Positions 45,814-56,307 are shown, counted from the first letter of the stretch. The stretch: DNA of 64,000 bases from Bacteroidales bacterium (GCA_025454815.1 JALONR010000007.1:70010-134009), one strand, 5' to 3'. Notes: a model not told the origin generated them from the letters alone. Numbers and translations are program-made.

Positions 45814-47637
45814 ATGAAGAGCATAAGGATCCTTTTGCAGTATCTCAGGCCCTATAAATGGCTGGCCGTCCAGAATATGGGCTACAACATCCTCAGTGCC
45901 TTCTTTGCCCTTTTTACATACACACTTATAGTACCCTTCCTCCAGATCCTGTTCAAGAGGGTCGAAATGGTTCCTGATCCCGGGCCGTTCAGCCTGTCGG
46001 CTTCATACCTTAAGGACTGGGCCAACTGGTTCTTTTCATCATCCATAGAAAGGTACGGTGAGATGAGGACCCTGCTTATGGTGGTGATAGTCTTTGCGGT
46101 AGCCAGTTTCATAAAGAACCTGCTGGTCTTCCTGGCCAACAACTGTATGGCCAGCCTGAGGGCCGGAACGGTAAGGGATGTCAGGAACCGCATTTATGCC
46201 AAGATACTTAAGCTTCCCCTTTCTTATTTCTCCGAGGCCCGGAAAGGTGACCTGATGACCAGGGTCTCAAATGATGTCCAGGAAATTGAGATGTCGGTGA
46301 TGGCTTCATTATCCATGATGTTTCGTGATCCTTTTACCATAATAATCTTCGTGGTCTACCTGTTTGTCACCAGTCCGCAGCTGACAATCTTCGCCCTTCT
46401 TATGCTGCCACTAAGTGCCTGGGCCATAGCACGGATCAGCCGCAGCCTGAAAACCAGGTCTTTCATTGGTCAGAAGGCGCTGGGACGGCTTCTTTCAGTT
46501 CTGGAGGAGACCCTTACCGGACTCCGCATCATCAAGGGGTTCAATGCCGAGGAGAAGATGAGAAGGCATTTTAGTATTGCAAATGAGAAATATACGCAAA
46601 CATTCAGAAGGGTGGTTCGAAAGGCCTATATGGCACATCCGGTCAGTGAGTTCCTCTCAACTGTAGTACTGCTGATTGTGATCTATTATGGTGGTTTCCT
46701 GGCACTGAAAGGCACCGGTAACATGTCACCTGACAGACTGATAGCATTTGTGGTGGTATTCTCCCAGATCATCCAGCCTGCAAAAGCTATCTCCAGCGCA
46801 TGGTTCAGTATTCAGAAGGGGATGGCGTCAATTGACCGGATCAATGAGGTGTTCGACGCCGGTGAGACCATAACCGAAAAACCTGATGCGGTCAGACTAA
46901 CCGGGTTCAGGGAGAGCATCGAGTTTAGGAATGTCTGGTTCGCCTATAATCATGAACCGGTGCTGAAGGATGTCTCGCTCACCATCAGGAAGGGGCAGAC
47001 GATAGCAGTTGTGGGACGCTCAGGAGGCGGCAAGTCGACTCTGGTTGACCTGATACCCCGTTTCATCGATCCTGACAGGGGGAAGGTGCTTATTGACGGC
47101 ATTGATCTGCGTGACGTAAACTTAAAGGACCTCAGACAACTGATGGGAATAGTCAGCCAGCAGGCAATACTTTTCAATGATACCTTTTATAATAATATAT
47201 CCTTTTCCCTTGACGGGGAAGCCGAAGCTGAGAATGTTGAGAGGGCTGCCTCGATAGCCAATGCACACGAATTCATAAAGGAATCACCCGAAGGGTACCA
47301 GGCGACCGTGGGTGAGGGAGGCAATAAGCTCAGCGGAGGACAGCGTCAGCGCATAAGCATAGCCAGGGCTGTCATGGCCAACCCGCCTATACTCATCCTT
47401 GATGAAGCCACTTCGGCACTTGACTCCGAATCTGAACGGTTGGTGCAGGATGCCATGCTGAAGCTGATGGAGAACCGGACCTCGGTAATTATTGCTCACA
47501 GGCTGTCGACGATACAGCATGCTGACCTCATTGTGGTTGTGGAGGAGGGGAGGGTTGCCGAGTGCGGCACCCACGAGGAACTGATCAGGAACCCTGCCGG
47601 CATCTATCGGAAGCTGTATGAGATGCAGACCTTCTAG
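45814..47637 (+). CDS. ABC transporter, fused permease/ATPase (MsbA-like exporter)
   Basis: 607 aa. An N-terminal 6-TM domain is followed by Walker A 'GRSGGGKST', signature 'LSGGQRQR' and Walker B 'ILILDEATS'. Confidence 0.88.
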   Translation: MKSIRILLQYLRPYKWLAVQNMGYNILSAFFALFTYTLIVPFLQILFKRVEMVPDPGPFSLSASYLKDWANWFFSSSIERYGEMRTLLMVVIVFAVASFIKNLLVFLANNCMASLRAGTVRDVRNRIYAKILKLPLSYFSEARKGDLMTRVSNDVQEIEMSVMASLSMMFRDPFTIIIFVVYLFVTSPQLTIFALLMLPLSAWAIARISRSLKTRSFIGQKALGRLLSVLEETLTGLRIIKGFNAEEKMRRHFSIANEKYTQTFRRVVRKAYMAHPVSEFLSTVVLLIVIYYGGFLALKGTGNMSPDRLIAFVVVFSQIIQPAKAISSAWFSIQKGMASIDRINEVFDAGETITEKPDAVRLTGFRESIEFRNVWFAYNHEPVLKDVSLTIRKGQTIAVVGRSGGGKSTLVDLIPRFIDPDRGKVLIDGIDLRDVNLKDLRQLMGIVSQQAILFNDTFYNNISFSLDGEAEAENVERAASIANAHEFIKESPEGYQATVGEGGNKLSGGQRQRISIARAVMANPPILILDEATSALDSESERLVQDAMLKLMENRTSVIIAHRLSTIQHADLIVVVEEGRVAECGTHEELIRNPAGIYRKLYEMQTF

Positions 47638-47781
47638 GATTGTCGATCGTCGATCTTCCCAGCAGGGGATAAAGAATTGCATATCCGTCGCGTCCCGCAG
47701 AGCACATTCTGTCACCGCAACGTGAAACAAATTTTCCCGGAATTTGTTACCTTCGTGAATATCCAGAATAAAGAAACCAAC

Positions 47782-48288
47782 ATGGAAATCAAAACCCCAA
47801 CTGACATTCTCAAGGAAGCTATCCTGCTTGAACACCGGGGCAGGGCATTTTACTCCGACGTTGCAGCACGGACCAGCAGTGAAGCCGTGAAGCGGATCTT
47901 TACCATCATAGCTGATGAGGAGCAGGAACACATCCGTTTCCTTTCCGATCAGTTCAAACACTATCAGAAGCATAATTCATTCAGGGAAGTCGAACCGCAG
48001 CACGGAGCTTCCTCAGATGAGGTGGCACTCAAGGTTCTGACGGATGAAGTAAAGGGACAGATCAATGCTGCAGGCTATGAGGCGGCAGCAATTGGTGCTG
48101 CAATGGATTTTGAGGCAAAGGCTGTGGCGCTTTACTCATCGCGCGCAGAGGCATCTGGTGATGCCAACGAAAAGGCTCTCTACACAATGCTTGCTGAGTG
48201 GGAGAGGGGACACCACCAGTGGCTTGCCCGAATTGACAGGGAACTGAGGGAAGAGGTATGGTATGACAATAACTTCTGGCCTTTCTGA
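47782..48288 (+). CDS. Ferritin-like/rubrerythrin-family diiron domain protein (no rubredoxin tail)
   Basis: The ATG at 47782 gives 'MEIKTPTDILKEAILLEHRGRAFY'. ExxH pairs 'EEQEHIRFL' and 'WERGHHQWL' are present. Confidence 0.7.
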   Translation: MEIKTPTDILKEAILLEHRGRAFYSDVAARTSSEAVKRIFTIIADEEQEHIRFLSDQFKHYQKHNSFREVEPQHGASSDEVALKVLTDEVKGQINAAGYEAAAIGAAMDFEAKAVALYSSRAEASGDANEKALYTMLAEWERGHHQWLARIDRELREEVWYDNNFWPF

Positions 48289-48319
48289 ATGAAGGGTTCC
48301 TGACCCGGGCGGGGACTGA

Positions 48320-49189
48320 TCAGACCATCCTCCTGAATTTTGCGGGAATTCTTGATTCGAACCGCATCTCCTTTCCGGTTACCGGGTGAATGAATGCCAG
48401 CACGCTCGCATGCAGTCCGAGCCTTCCTATGGGACCTGACGTTGCGCCGTATTTTTTATCTCCCGCTATGCTGTGACCTGCCTCCTGCATGTGCAGCCTG
48501 ATCTGGTTCTTTTTGCCTGTTTCCAGGGTCACTTCCAGCAGTGAATAGTCTTTGCCGCTCTTCAGCAGCCTGTAACGGGTAATTGCCAGTTCTCCCTTTT
48601 CGGGGTTTTTAGTTGAATGCATTACCAGCGATTTGCTCTCATATATGTAGGATTTGATTACCCCTTCCGGTTCGGTGACCTCTCCCTCAACCAGGGCCAC
48701 ATATGTCCGGTCAGTGACATTCCGCTTCCAGTCGCGCTGCAGGAGACCCTGCACCTTCTCACTCCGGGCGAACATCATCAGACCGGAGGTGTCACGGTCA
48801 AGGCGGTGAACTATAAAGATCCTGTTTGATGGTTTCTGGCTCTTGACGTAATTGCTTAGTATATTATAGGCGGTGAGGTACTTCTCATTGTCCGATGCCA
48901 TTGAGAGCAATCCGGCATTCTTGTCGATCACAATCAGGTGTTCATCTTCATATACCAGCCTCATGTTACGGGCCATCAGTCCGCCTGTGGGTCTTGCCGG
49001 TGATATTACCACAGTATCACCCGGCTTCAGTTCATGGTTGAACTGTGAGACAGGTTCTCCGTTGACCAGGACCTGGCGGTTGCGGAGAAGGGACTTGATA
49101 TTGTCACGGCTCTTTTTTGGCAGTGAGCTTATCAGGAAGGGCATGAGAGCAGACGGCTCCGTAACCCCAAGGGTAATCTCCTTTGTCAT
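48320..49189 (-). CDS. RluA-family pseudouridine synthase with N-terminal S4 domain
   Basis: 289 aa with 'SRDNIKSLLRNRQVLVNGEP' (S4) and the catalytic motif 'HRLDRDTSGLMMFA'. Confidence 0.85.
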   Translation of the reverse strand: MTKEITLGVTEPSALMPFLISSLPKKSRDNIKSLLRNRQVLVNGEPVSQFNHELKPGDTVVISPARPTGGLMARNMRLVYEDEHLIVIDKNAGLLSMASDNEKYLTAYNILSNYVKSQKPSNRIFIVHRLDRDTSGLMMFARSEKVQGLLQRDWKRNVTDRTYVALVEGEVTEPEGVIKSYIYESKSLVMHSTKNPEKGELAITRYRLLKSGKDYSLLEVTLETGKKNQIRLHMQEAGHSIAGDKKYGATSGPIGRLGLHASVLAFIHPVTGKEMRFESRIPAKFRRMV

Positions 49190-49319
49190 ATATTTAATAT
49201 TGGTGTAAAGATAGGAGAGAATGCGGGATATCCGCGATGATCTGTACTTGTCAGGCTCTGTTTGTCATGGAGACGCCGGACGGTTCTTCTCATGAGCAGG
49301 CTCATACGTCTATACCCGT

Positions 49320-49355
49320 GAAAACAGAAGCCGGGCCGCCTGGTGGCGGCCCGGC
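49320..49355 (-). terminator. Hairpin terminator downstream of tRNA-Ser
   Basis: An 11-bp GC-rich stem GCCGGGCCGCC / GGCGGCCCGGC (49330-49340 / 49345-49355) has a 4-nt loop. In minus sense it is followed by TTCTGTTTTC. Confidence 0.6.
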
Positions 49356-49369
49356 CTTCATTACCGGAG

Positions 49370-49456
49370 CGGAGAAAGAGGGATTCGAACCCCCGGTCCA
49401 GTCGCCCGGACAACGGTTTTCAAGACCGCCGCAATCGACCACTCTGCCATTTCTCC
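49370..49456 (-). tRNA. tRNA-Ser (anticodon UGA), class II with long variable arm
   Basis: The minus-sense sequence is GGAGAAATGGCAGAGTGGTCGATTGCGGCGGTCTTGAAAACCGTTGTCCGGGCGACTGGACCGGGGGTTCGAATCCCTCTTTCTCCG. The acceptor stem is GGAGAAA/TTTCTCC, the anticodon loop is CTTGAAA, and the T-loop is GGTTCGAATCC. CCA is not encoded. Confidence 0.93.
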
Positions 49457-49498
49457 ATCTGCATCTGTCACCCTTGCGGGAAACGGAAGCAGCGGGTG

Positions 49499-49506
49499 CA
49501 AATATA
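49499..49506 (-). promoter_or_regulatory. Candidate -7 promoter box (TAnnTTTG) for tRNA-Ser
   Basis: Minus-sense TATATTTG, 42 nt upstream of the tRNA 5' end. Confidence 0.4.
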
Positions 49507-49727
49507 ATCTTTTTTTGTTTTTCTCCCGGCAAGGTAAAAAAATCAGGTCAACAACAGCCGTAACCCAAGCCTCTGACCCGCCTCAAATGGGCTCCTGATA
49601 CCTTCAGGGAGCCTGCTGACACCATCTTACGGGGGGTTATTAACCAAAAAAGTGCTCATTTCTAATAAAAATCGGCATTTCAGGCATAAAAAAGATCACA
49701 AAAACTTGCTTTTGAATAAGAATGGAA

Positions 49728-49735
49728 TAAATTTG
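49728..49735 (+). promoter_or_regulatory. Candidate -7 promoter box (TAnnTTTG) for the HU gene
   Basis: TAAATTTG, 42 nt upstream of the ATG at 49778. A TTTG lies at 49711-49714. Confidence 0.4.
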
Positions 49736-49777
49736 TATGCAATTAGAGATTGGTCTAACCCTAAAATTGAATTTATT

Positions 49778-50050
49778 ATGACAAAGAAAGAATTAGTAGG
49801 CAGCATTGCAAAAAAAGCAGGACTTTCACTCAAGGATGCCAACGTTGCTCTGAACGCTTTCGTAGGCGCATTTGGTGATGCTATGAAAAAAGGCCAGAGG
49901 CTCCAGCTCCCCTCAATGGGCACCTTTAAGGTTGAAAAGAGAAGTGCAAGAGTTGTCCGCAACCCCCGCACAGGCGCCAAACTGAATGTTCCCGCCAAGA
50001 AAGTCGTGAAATTCAAAGCAGCTCCGGCTCTTACAAAAGGCCTGAAGTAA
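49778..50050 (+). CDS. hup: HU-family DNA-binding protein
   Basis: The ATG at 49778 gives a 90-aa protein 'MTKKELVGSIAKKAGLSLKDANVALNAF...RNPRTGAKLNVPAKKVVKFKA'. The longer track ORF is an N-terminal extension. Confidence 0.9.
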   Translation: MTKKELVGSIAKKAGLSLKDANVALNAFVGAFGDAMKKGQRLQLPSMGTFKVEKRSARVVRNPRTGAKLNVPAKKVVKFKAAPALTKGLK

Positions 50051-50058
50051 AAGTTACA

Positions 50059-50084
50059 GGGGTGCAGGTCACCCCTTTTTTTTT
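50059..50084 (+). terminator. Rho-independent terminator after the HU gene
   Basis: Stem GGGGTG/CACCCC (50059-50064 / 50070-50075) with a 5-nt loop, followed by a run of nine T (50076-50084). Confidence 0.8.
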
Positions 50085-50214
50085 GTCTACCTGGGATTAG
50101 GGCCGGCAGAACCGCCGTTTTTTCCTGTTTGTTGTTAAAACCAGGATGTGGATTTATTTCATATTATTTTAGTATATTTGTTATCCACCTAGAACCCAAC
50201 CGCAAACTCCCGCG

Positions 50215-50925
50215 ATGAATTGCATAATCGTTGATGATGACCCCGTTTGGCTCCGGACCCTGGAGGAATTTGTAGGAAAATCCTCTTCCCTTTCACTGGT
50301 GGGAAGCTTTTCGGATTCTCTCTCAGCCCGCAATCTCCTGATGTCAAGAAGAGATATCGAACTTATCTTTCTTGATATCCAGATGCCTGAGATGGATGGC
50401 TTTGATTTCCTTTCAAGCCTTGAAAATCCGCCTCATATAATATTTGTTTCGGGGAGCGAAGAGCACGCATACAAGGCGTTTAACTACAACGGGATAGATT
50501 ACCTTCTTAAACCTATTACCTATCCGCGTTTCTGCCGCGCCGTGGAAAAAATCATGAAGTACTATGCCCCAAGGGCTGTACCTTCAGCTGCCGGTGAGGA
50601 AGAAATATTCATTAAAAAAGCCTCGTCGCTTGTGCGACTCAAACTAAAGGAGATACTCTATGTTGAGGCGCTCGAAAACTATGTCAGCGTCATCACGCGC
50701 GACGAGAAGTATACCATTCACTTTACAATGAGGGCTATCGAACAGCAACTCCCCTCCAGCCTCTTCGTCAGAATACACCGCTCATACCTGGTGAACAAAA
50801 GCGTCATCAGGTCAATCAGCGAAAACAGCCTTACAATCGTAGTCGGTTCCAATCCTAAAATCCTCCCCGTGGGTAAGTCCTACCGCGACGGGATTATGAA
50901 CTACATCAATATAATGCAACGCTGA
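50215..50925 (+). CDS. LytTR-family response regulator
   Basis: 236 aa with a receiver domain 'IIVDDDP...LDIQMPEMDGF...LLKP' and a LytTR domain 'IHRSYLVN'. No cognate kinase is adjacent. Confidence 0.88.
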   Translation: MNCIIVDDDPVWLRTLEEFVGKSSSLSLVGSFSDSLSARNLLMSRRDIELIFLDIQMPEMDGFDFLSSLENPPHIIFVSGSEEHAYKAFNYNGIDYLLKPITYPRFCRAVEKIMKYYAPRAVPSAAGEEEIFIKKASSLVRLKLKEILYVEALENYVSVITRDEKYTIHFTMRAIEQQLPSSLFVRIHRSYLVNKSVIRSISENSLTIVVGSNPKILPVGKSYRDGIMNYINIMQR

Positions 50926-52121
50926 TGCCTTCGCAAAGGCAACTATTTCTCGATCATCTTGGACAGACATCACCATCACCCCTCATGCTTGAGATTGAGC
51001 GGGCTGAAGGGTCATTCCTGTATGACACCCGTGGCAATGATATACTTGACCTCATCTCCGGAGTGTCAGTAAGCAACACGGGTCACCGCCACCCGGCCGT
51101 TATGGCAGCCCTGAATGAGCAGGCAGGGAAATACATGCACCTTATGGTCTACGGCGAAGTGATACAGAGCCCCCAGGTCCGGTATGCAACCCGCCTTGCA
51201 TCCCTGCTGCCGCCATCACTGGAGTCGGTCTATTTTGTTAATTCAGGCAGCGAAGCCATCGAGGGAGCTATAAAACTCGCAAGAAGATACACCGGAAGAA
51301 ATGAAATCATCTACTTCCGGAACGGATATCACGGATCAACCACCGGTGCACTCAGTGTGCAGGGCTCCGAGGCTTACCGGAATGCATTCAGACCCCTCAT
51401 GCCTGCAACAACAATGGCTGAGTTCAACTCTCCTGAAGCTGCAGGAATGATAAGCGACAACACTGCTGCTGTCCTGGTGGAACCGGTTCAGGCAGAGGGT
51501 GGTGTGATACAGCCATCCGGTACCTTCCTCGCTGACCTCCGCAGTGCATGCGACAGGCATGGCGCGTTGCTGGTGTTTGATGAAGTGCAGACAGGATTCG
51601 GACGTACCGGCAATCTCTTTTCAATATACAGGTACAATGTAACCCCTGACATACTCGTCCTTGCAAAAGCTCTCGGCGGTGGACTGCCGCTGGGTGCATT
51701 CATCGCCTCGTGCGGGATAATGTCATCACTCGCACATGACCCGGCGCTGGGACATATCACCACATTTGGCGGCCACCCGCTCTGCTGTGCAACAGGATTG
51801 GCATCGCTGGAGGTGATTGTTAATGAAGGTCTTGCCGGAAAAGCCCTTGAAAAAGAGCAGCTTTTCAGAAAAGAGCTGGCAACGATGCCATTCAGGGAAA
51901 TAAGGGGCGAGGGGCTGCTCCTGGCAGTGGTTCCCGAAAAACCGGAGATCATACCGGCAATGGTAGCCCGTGCCCCGGAATACGGACTGCTGCTTGACTG
52001 GTTCCTCTTCTGTTCGACAGCATTCCGCATTGCTCCCCCGCTGACAATATCTGATGATGAAATACGCCTTGGCTGCACCCGCCTGAAGGAACTGACCGAG
52101 GCAGTACTATGCTCCGACTGA
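50925..52121 (+). CDS. Class-III (acetylornithine/GABA-type) PLP aminotransferase
   Basis: 398 aa with 'SGSEAIEGAIKLAR', 'DEVQTGFGRTG' and 'LAKALGGGLPLGA'. Its start overlaps the preceding stop (TGATG). Confidence 0.85.
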   Translation: MPSQRQLFLDHLGQTSPSPLMLEIERAEGSFLYDTRGNDILDLISGVSVSNTGHRHPAVMAALNEQAGKYMHLMVYGEVIQSPQVRYATRLASLLPPSLESVYFVNSGSEAIEGAIKLARRYTGRNEIIYFRNGYHGSTTGALSVQGSEAYRNAFRPLMPATTMAEFNSPEAAGMISDNTAAVLVEPVQAEGGVIQPSGTFLADLRSACDRHGALLVFDEVQTGFGRTGNLFSIYRYNVTPDILVLAKALGGGLPLGAFIASCGIMSSLAHDPALGHITTFGGHPLCCATGLASLEVIVNEGLAGKALEKEQLFRKELATMPFREIRGEGLLLAVVPEKPEIIPAMVARAPEYGLLLDWFLFCSTAFRIAPPLTISDDEIRLGCTRLKELTEAVLCSD

Positions 52122-52193
52122 CACTCTGTCAGACTTCCTTCTCCGGCACGCACTTTGAACAACAGGGGCAGGATAATCAAAAAACTATATACT

Positions 52194-54245
52194 ATGGAAA
52201 AGGGTAAAATCGGAGTAACCACAGAAAACATCTTTCCTATCATCAAGAAATTCCTCTACTCAGACCATGAAATCTTCCTGAGAGAGCTGGTATCAAACGC
52301 AACAGACGCGCTTCAGAAGCTGAAGGCCCTGTCATCAGCCGGTGAGTTCAAGGGCGAACTGGGAGAACTTCGCGTCAGGGTCACACTTGACTCAAAGAAG
52401 AAAACCCTTACCGTCTCCGATAACGGTATCGGCATGAGCGCGGAAGAAATTGACAAATACCTGAACCAGATTGCCTTCTCAAGCGCCAATGAATTCCTTG
52501 ACAAATACAAGGATCAGGCCAGCGGTCTTATCGGCCAGTTCGGCCTTGGCTTCTATTCGGCATTCATGGTCTCCGATAAGGTGGAAGTGGTCTCAAGATC
52601 ATACCGTGAAAATGTCCCGGCAGTGAAGTGGACCTGCGACGGCAGCCCTGAATACACCATTGAAGAGACTCAGAGAGAAGAGCGGGGAACAGATGTCATA
52701 TTGCATGTTGACAAGGAATCCAAGGAGTTCCTGGATGAACACCGCATTGAGGGTCTGCTTAAGAAATATTGCAGTTTTCTCCCGGTTCAGGTGCAATTCG
52801 GCAATGAGAAGGAATGGAAGGACGGAAAGATGGTCGATACCGGTAAACCAAAGATCATCAACAATACCCAGCCGGCATGGACACGCAAGCCATCAGACCT
52901 CAAGGACGAGGATTATACAAACTTCTACCGCGAGCTTTACCCCATGGGCGAGGAACCCCTCTTCCATATTCACCTGAACGTTGATTACCCGTTCAAGCTG
53001 ACCGGCATTCTCTACTTCCCGAAGATCCGCAACAATTTCGAAATACAGAAAAACAAGATCCAGCTCTACTGCAACCAGGTCTTCGTGACCGATTCCGTTG
53101 AGGGTATCGTCCCCGATTTCCTGACACTGCTGCACGGGGTGATTGACTCACCTGATATACCGCTGAATGTATCCAGGAGTTACCTGCAGAGCGATTCCAA
53201 TGTCAAGAAAATCAGCGGACACATCACCAAAAAAGTGGCTGACCGCCTGGCTGACATCTTCAAGAAAGACCGCGAGACCTTCGAAAAGAAATGGGACGAC
53301 CTGAAACTCTTCATTGAGTACGGGATGATCACCGAGGAGAAGTTCTTTGAGAAGGCATCGAAGTTTGCCCTGTTTAAGAACACTGCCGGCAAATACTTCA
53401 CCCTGGAAGAATATGACAAGATCATAAAGGAGAACCAGACCGACAGGGACAAGTCTCTTATCCATCTCTACACCACTGATCAGGTTGCCCAGCATACCTA
53501 TGTTTCCAAGGCTGCCGACAAGGGTTATGATGTGCTGGTGCTCGACGGACAGCTTGATACTCATCTTATTAATACACTTGAATCAAAAGAGCCCTCCTCG
53601 AAGTTCGTGAGGGTTGACAGTGACGTTATTGAGAAGCTGATCAGGAAGGACGACAGCCACACATCGAAACTGTCCCAGGCTCAGTCAGATGACCTGGCAC
53701 AGGTCTTCCGCAGCCAGGTGGCTGACACTGACAAGGCACGCTTCCATGTCAGGGCTGAAAACCTCGATGAGAATGATCTTCCCATGGTGATCACGCAGAG
53801 CGAGTTCATGCGCAGGATGAAGGACATGGCTCAGTTCGGTGGTGGTTATTCATTCTACGGTGAGATGCCTGACAGCTTTGACCTGGTGCTTAATACAAAT
53901 CATCCGCTGGTTATATCCCTTGCCGGAGACCTTGACAAGGAGCATGCCGACGAGCTGAAGAAGAACAGCGCCGGGATAGACAAGACGAAGGTTGAGATAG
54001 AATTCATCGAAAAGGAACACAGCAAGAAGAAGCCCGAGGAGATCCCGTCTGTTGAAAAGGATGATCTTGAAAGGCTCCGGAATGAACTCAGCCAGCTTGA
54101 AGAGAAGAGGAAAGCGATTCTTGGTGGTTTCGGCGGTGACCATCAGGCTGTGAGACAGCTGATTGACCTTGCCATGCTGGCCAATAACATGCTCAAGGGA
54201 GAAGCTCTAAGCGCATTTGTCAAGCGAAGCATCAGCCTGCTCTGA
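52194..54245 (+). CDS. htpG: Molecular chaperone HtpG (Hsp90)
   Basis: The ATG at 52194 gives 'MEKGKIGVTTENIFPIIKKFLYSDHEIFLRELVSNATDA', with 'GQFGLGFYSAF'. The track start at 52155 is a TTG. Confidence 0.93.
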   Translation: MEKGKIGVTTENIFPIIKKFLYSDHEIFLRELVSNATDALQKLKALSSAGEFKGELGELRVRVTLDSKKKTLTVSDNGIGMSAEEIDKYLNQIAFSSANEFLDKYKDQASGLIGQFGLGFYSAFMVSDKVEVVSRSYRENVPAVKWTCDGSPEYTIEETQREERGTDVILHVDKESKEFLDEHRIEGLLKKYCSFLPVQVQFGNEKEWKDGKMVDTGKPKIINNTQPAWTRKPSDLKDEDYTNFYRELYPMGEEPLFHIHLNVDYPFKLTGILYFPKIRNNFEIQKNKIQLYCNQVFVTDSVEGIVPDFLTLLHGVIDSPDIPLNVSRSYLQSDSNVKKISGHITKKVADRLADIFKKDRETFEKKWDDLKLFIEYGMITEEKFFEKASKFALFKNTAGKYFTLEEYDKIIKENQTDRDKSLIHLYTTDQVAQHTYVSKAADKGYDVLVLDGQLDTHLINTLESKEPSSKFVRVDSDVIEKLIRKDDSHTSKLSQAQSDDLAQVFRSQVADTDKARFHVRAENLDENDLPMVITQSEFMRRMKDMAQFGGGYSFYGEMPDSFDLVLNTNHPLVISLAGDLDKEHADELKKNSAGIDKTKVEIEFIEKEHSKKKPEEIPSVEKDDLERLRNELSQLEEKRKAILGGFGGDHQAVRQLIDLAMLANNMLKGEALSAFVKRSISLL

Positions 54246-54255
54246 ACGAAGATCT

Positions 54256-54280
54256 GACGCCCCCTGAGGGCGTCTTTTTT
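54256..54280 (+). terminator. Rho-independent terminator after htpG (shared with the convergent gene)
   Basis: Stem GACGCCC/GGGCGTC (54256-54262 / 54268-54274) with a 5-nt loop and a T6 run (54275-54280). The last T is part of the stop codon of the convergent minus-strand ORF. Confidence 0.8.
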
Positions 54281-54804
54281 CATCCCATTATCCTTGCAAG
54301 CTCTGACTTGATGTAGGCAATTGCTGCCCTGGTTGGTTCGGCATCCATCTCCATCACCTCCTCAAGGAGCAGCCTAGAAAGCTCTTCCCCGGTGGCAACC
54401 GGAGGAAGCTGTGAGGCAACACTGTTTATAAGTCTTACGATGGTACCCCGGGCATTCTTTACCATCTCCCATGCCTCGTTGCTCATGTAAATCTGTTGTG
54501 ACAGGTTGTGCTCATATTCGCTCCTGACCGCTGTGACCAGTGCAGACTGCAACTGCTGGGCCGTCATCTCCGGCCTGGCCGTGCGGATAATTAATGACTC
54601 CGGGGAAATGCGCTCGAGGAAGAGCACCAGTCTCTCATAAGCCTGAAGCCTGACCGGTGTCAGTGTCTTTACCGTCTGCAGTAACAGGTCCTGCCTCCGC
54701 CGCTCCTGGTCGTCGCGAAGCATGTTACGTATCACCAGCCAGGCAGTGAGCATTACCAGCAGTGCAGGGATGGTTATTTTAAGTATCTCGGTGAAGGTTT
54801 CCAT
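54280..54804 (-). CDS. Membrane-anchored protein of unknown function
   Basis: 174 aa with an N-terminal TM helix 'ILKITIPALLVMLTAWLVI' and a helical remainder. I do not recognise the family. Confidence 0.5.
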   Translation of the reverse strand: METFTEILKITIPALLVMLTAWLVIRNMLRDDQERRRQDLLLQTVKTLTPVRLQAYERLVLFLERISPESLIIRTARPEMTAQQLQSALVTAVRSEYEHNLSQQIYMSNEAWEMVKNARGTIVRLINSVASQLPPVATGEELSRLLLEEVMEMDAEPTRAAIAYIKSELARIMG

Positions 54805-55015
54805 CTGCGCGATTATTTATGTTAATATGAGTTGCAAATTAATCATTTTTGTACCTCATTTCCGGGTTTTCAGCGGTTTTAAATCTGATACCACCGATAT
54901 AGTTTTTATTGGCAGCATCCCGCCGGTTTTCACCTGCCATAATCCCTTTTCTTTTTCACTTTTAACAATTACATTTGGCCTTTCCGGAAACGAACCCAAT
55001 TAAACAACTGACACA

Positions 55016-56209
55016 ATGGAGCATATCAGCAGGAGGGTGCAGGCACTCTCGGTATCACAGACACTGGCAATGACGGCGAAGAGCCAGGAACTGAAGGAAC
55101 AGGGAATAGATGTTATCAGCCTGAGCATAGGGGAACCTGACTTCAATACACCTGATGATATCAAGGAGGCTGCAAAAAAAGCCATCGATGACAACTATTC
55201 TTTCTATCCACCTGTACCCGGTTACCCGGATCTTCGAAAGGCTATCTCACGCAAGTTCCTGGAAGAAAACGGCCTGAATTATACTCCGGAGCAGATCATC
55301 GTTTCAGCAGGAGGCAAGCACAGCCTGATCAACATAATGATTTCAGTAGTTGATCCGGGCGACGAGGTTATCCTGCTCGCTCCCTACTGGGTAAGTTACC
55401 TTGATCATATCACCTTCGCCGAAGGTAAACCGGTAATAATCCAGACCTCCATTGACAGTGACTTCAAGGTCACCCCGGCTCAGCTAGAAGCGGCACTCAC
55501 CCCGCGCACCAGGGTACTTATCTTCAACTCTCCGTCAAACCCCACCGGCATGGTTTACACCCGCGAGGAGATGGCCGAACTGGTGAAGGTGCTTGAGAAA
55601 TACCCGCAGGTGATCATCATCTCGGATGAGATTTATGAACATATCATTTTCACCGGTGAACATGTCAGCCTGGCATCGTTCAGCAGCATCACTGACAGGG
55701 TGGTGACCGTGAACGGCGTCTCAAAGGGATATGCCATGACAGGATGGAGGATTGGCTACATAGGCGCACCGCTGTGGCTGGCAAAAGCCTGCAACAAACT
55801 GCAGGGTCAGTTCACCTCCGGAGTATGCTCTATAGCACAACGGGCTGCACTGGCTGCCATCACCTCTAAAAGTGATTCGAAGGAGAGAATGCGCGAGGCT
55901 TTCCTCCGGCGCAGGGACCTGATCTGCAGACTTCTCGGAGAGATACCCGGACTGAAGGTAAGAGTGCCGCAGGGGGCTTTCTACGTCATGCCTGATATCA
56001 GCAACTTCATCGGCAGGAGCTTTAACGGCCAGGTGATAAAGAATGCTGATGACCTCGCCTTATATCTTCTTGCAGAGGCAAGGGTAGCACTTGTCAGTGG
56101 AAGCGCATTCGGTTCAGATAACTGCATCAGGATCTCCTATGCCACATCTGATGAGCGCATCACTGAGGCAGTAAGTCGCATAAAGGAAGCACTGGCAAAA
56201 CTGAACTGA
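55016..56209 (+). CDS. Class-I PLP aminotransferase (aspartate aminotransferase-like)
   Basis: 397 aa with 'ISLSIGEPDFNTP', 'NSPSNPTG' and PLP-lysine 'VNGVSKGYAMTGWRIGY'. Confidence 0.88.
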   Translation: MEHISRRVQALSVSQTLAMTAKSQELKEQGIDVISLSIGEPDFNTPDDIKEAAKKAIDDNYSFYPPVPGYPDLRKAISRKFLEENGLNYTPEQIIVSAGGKHSLINIMISVVDPGDEVILLAPYWVSYLDHITFAEGKPVIIQTSIDSDFKVTPAQLEAALTPRTRVLIFNSPSNPTGMVYTREEMAELVKVLEKYPQVIIISDEIYEHIIFTGEHVSLASFSSITDRVVTVNGVSKGYAMTGWRIGYIGAPLWLAKACNKLQGQFTSGVCSIAQRAALAAITSKSDSKERMREAFLRRRDLICRLLGEIPGLKVRVPQGAFYVMPDISNFIGRSFNGQVIKNADDLALYLLAEARVALVSGSAFGSDNCIRISYATSDERITEAVSRIKEALAKLN

Positions 56210-56307
56210 CTTATTCAGTAGAATTTAGTCACTGGCACAGGCGGCCGGTGCCAATGGTCTTCTGAATGAACTGCCGGGCCTGGTGCAAGTCAGATAATTT
56301 ACCAACA

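Noticed and set aside
49190-49456. tRNA-Ser as an integration hotspot carrying a mobile element
   Set aside because: There is no integrase, no direct repeat of the tRNA 3' end, and no foreign-looking genes on either side. Only a terminator hairpin and the rluA-family gene promoter region are present.
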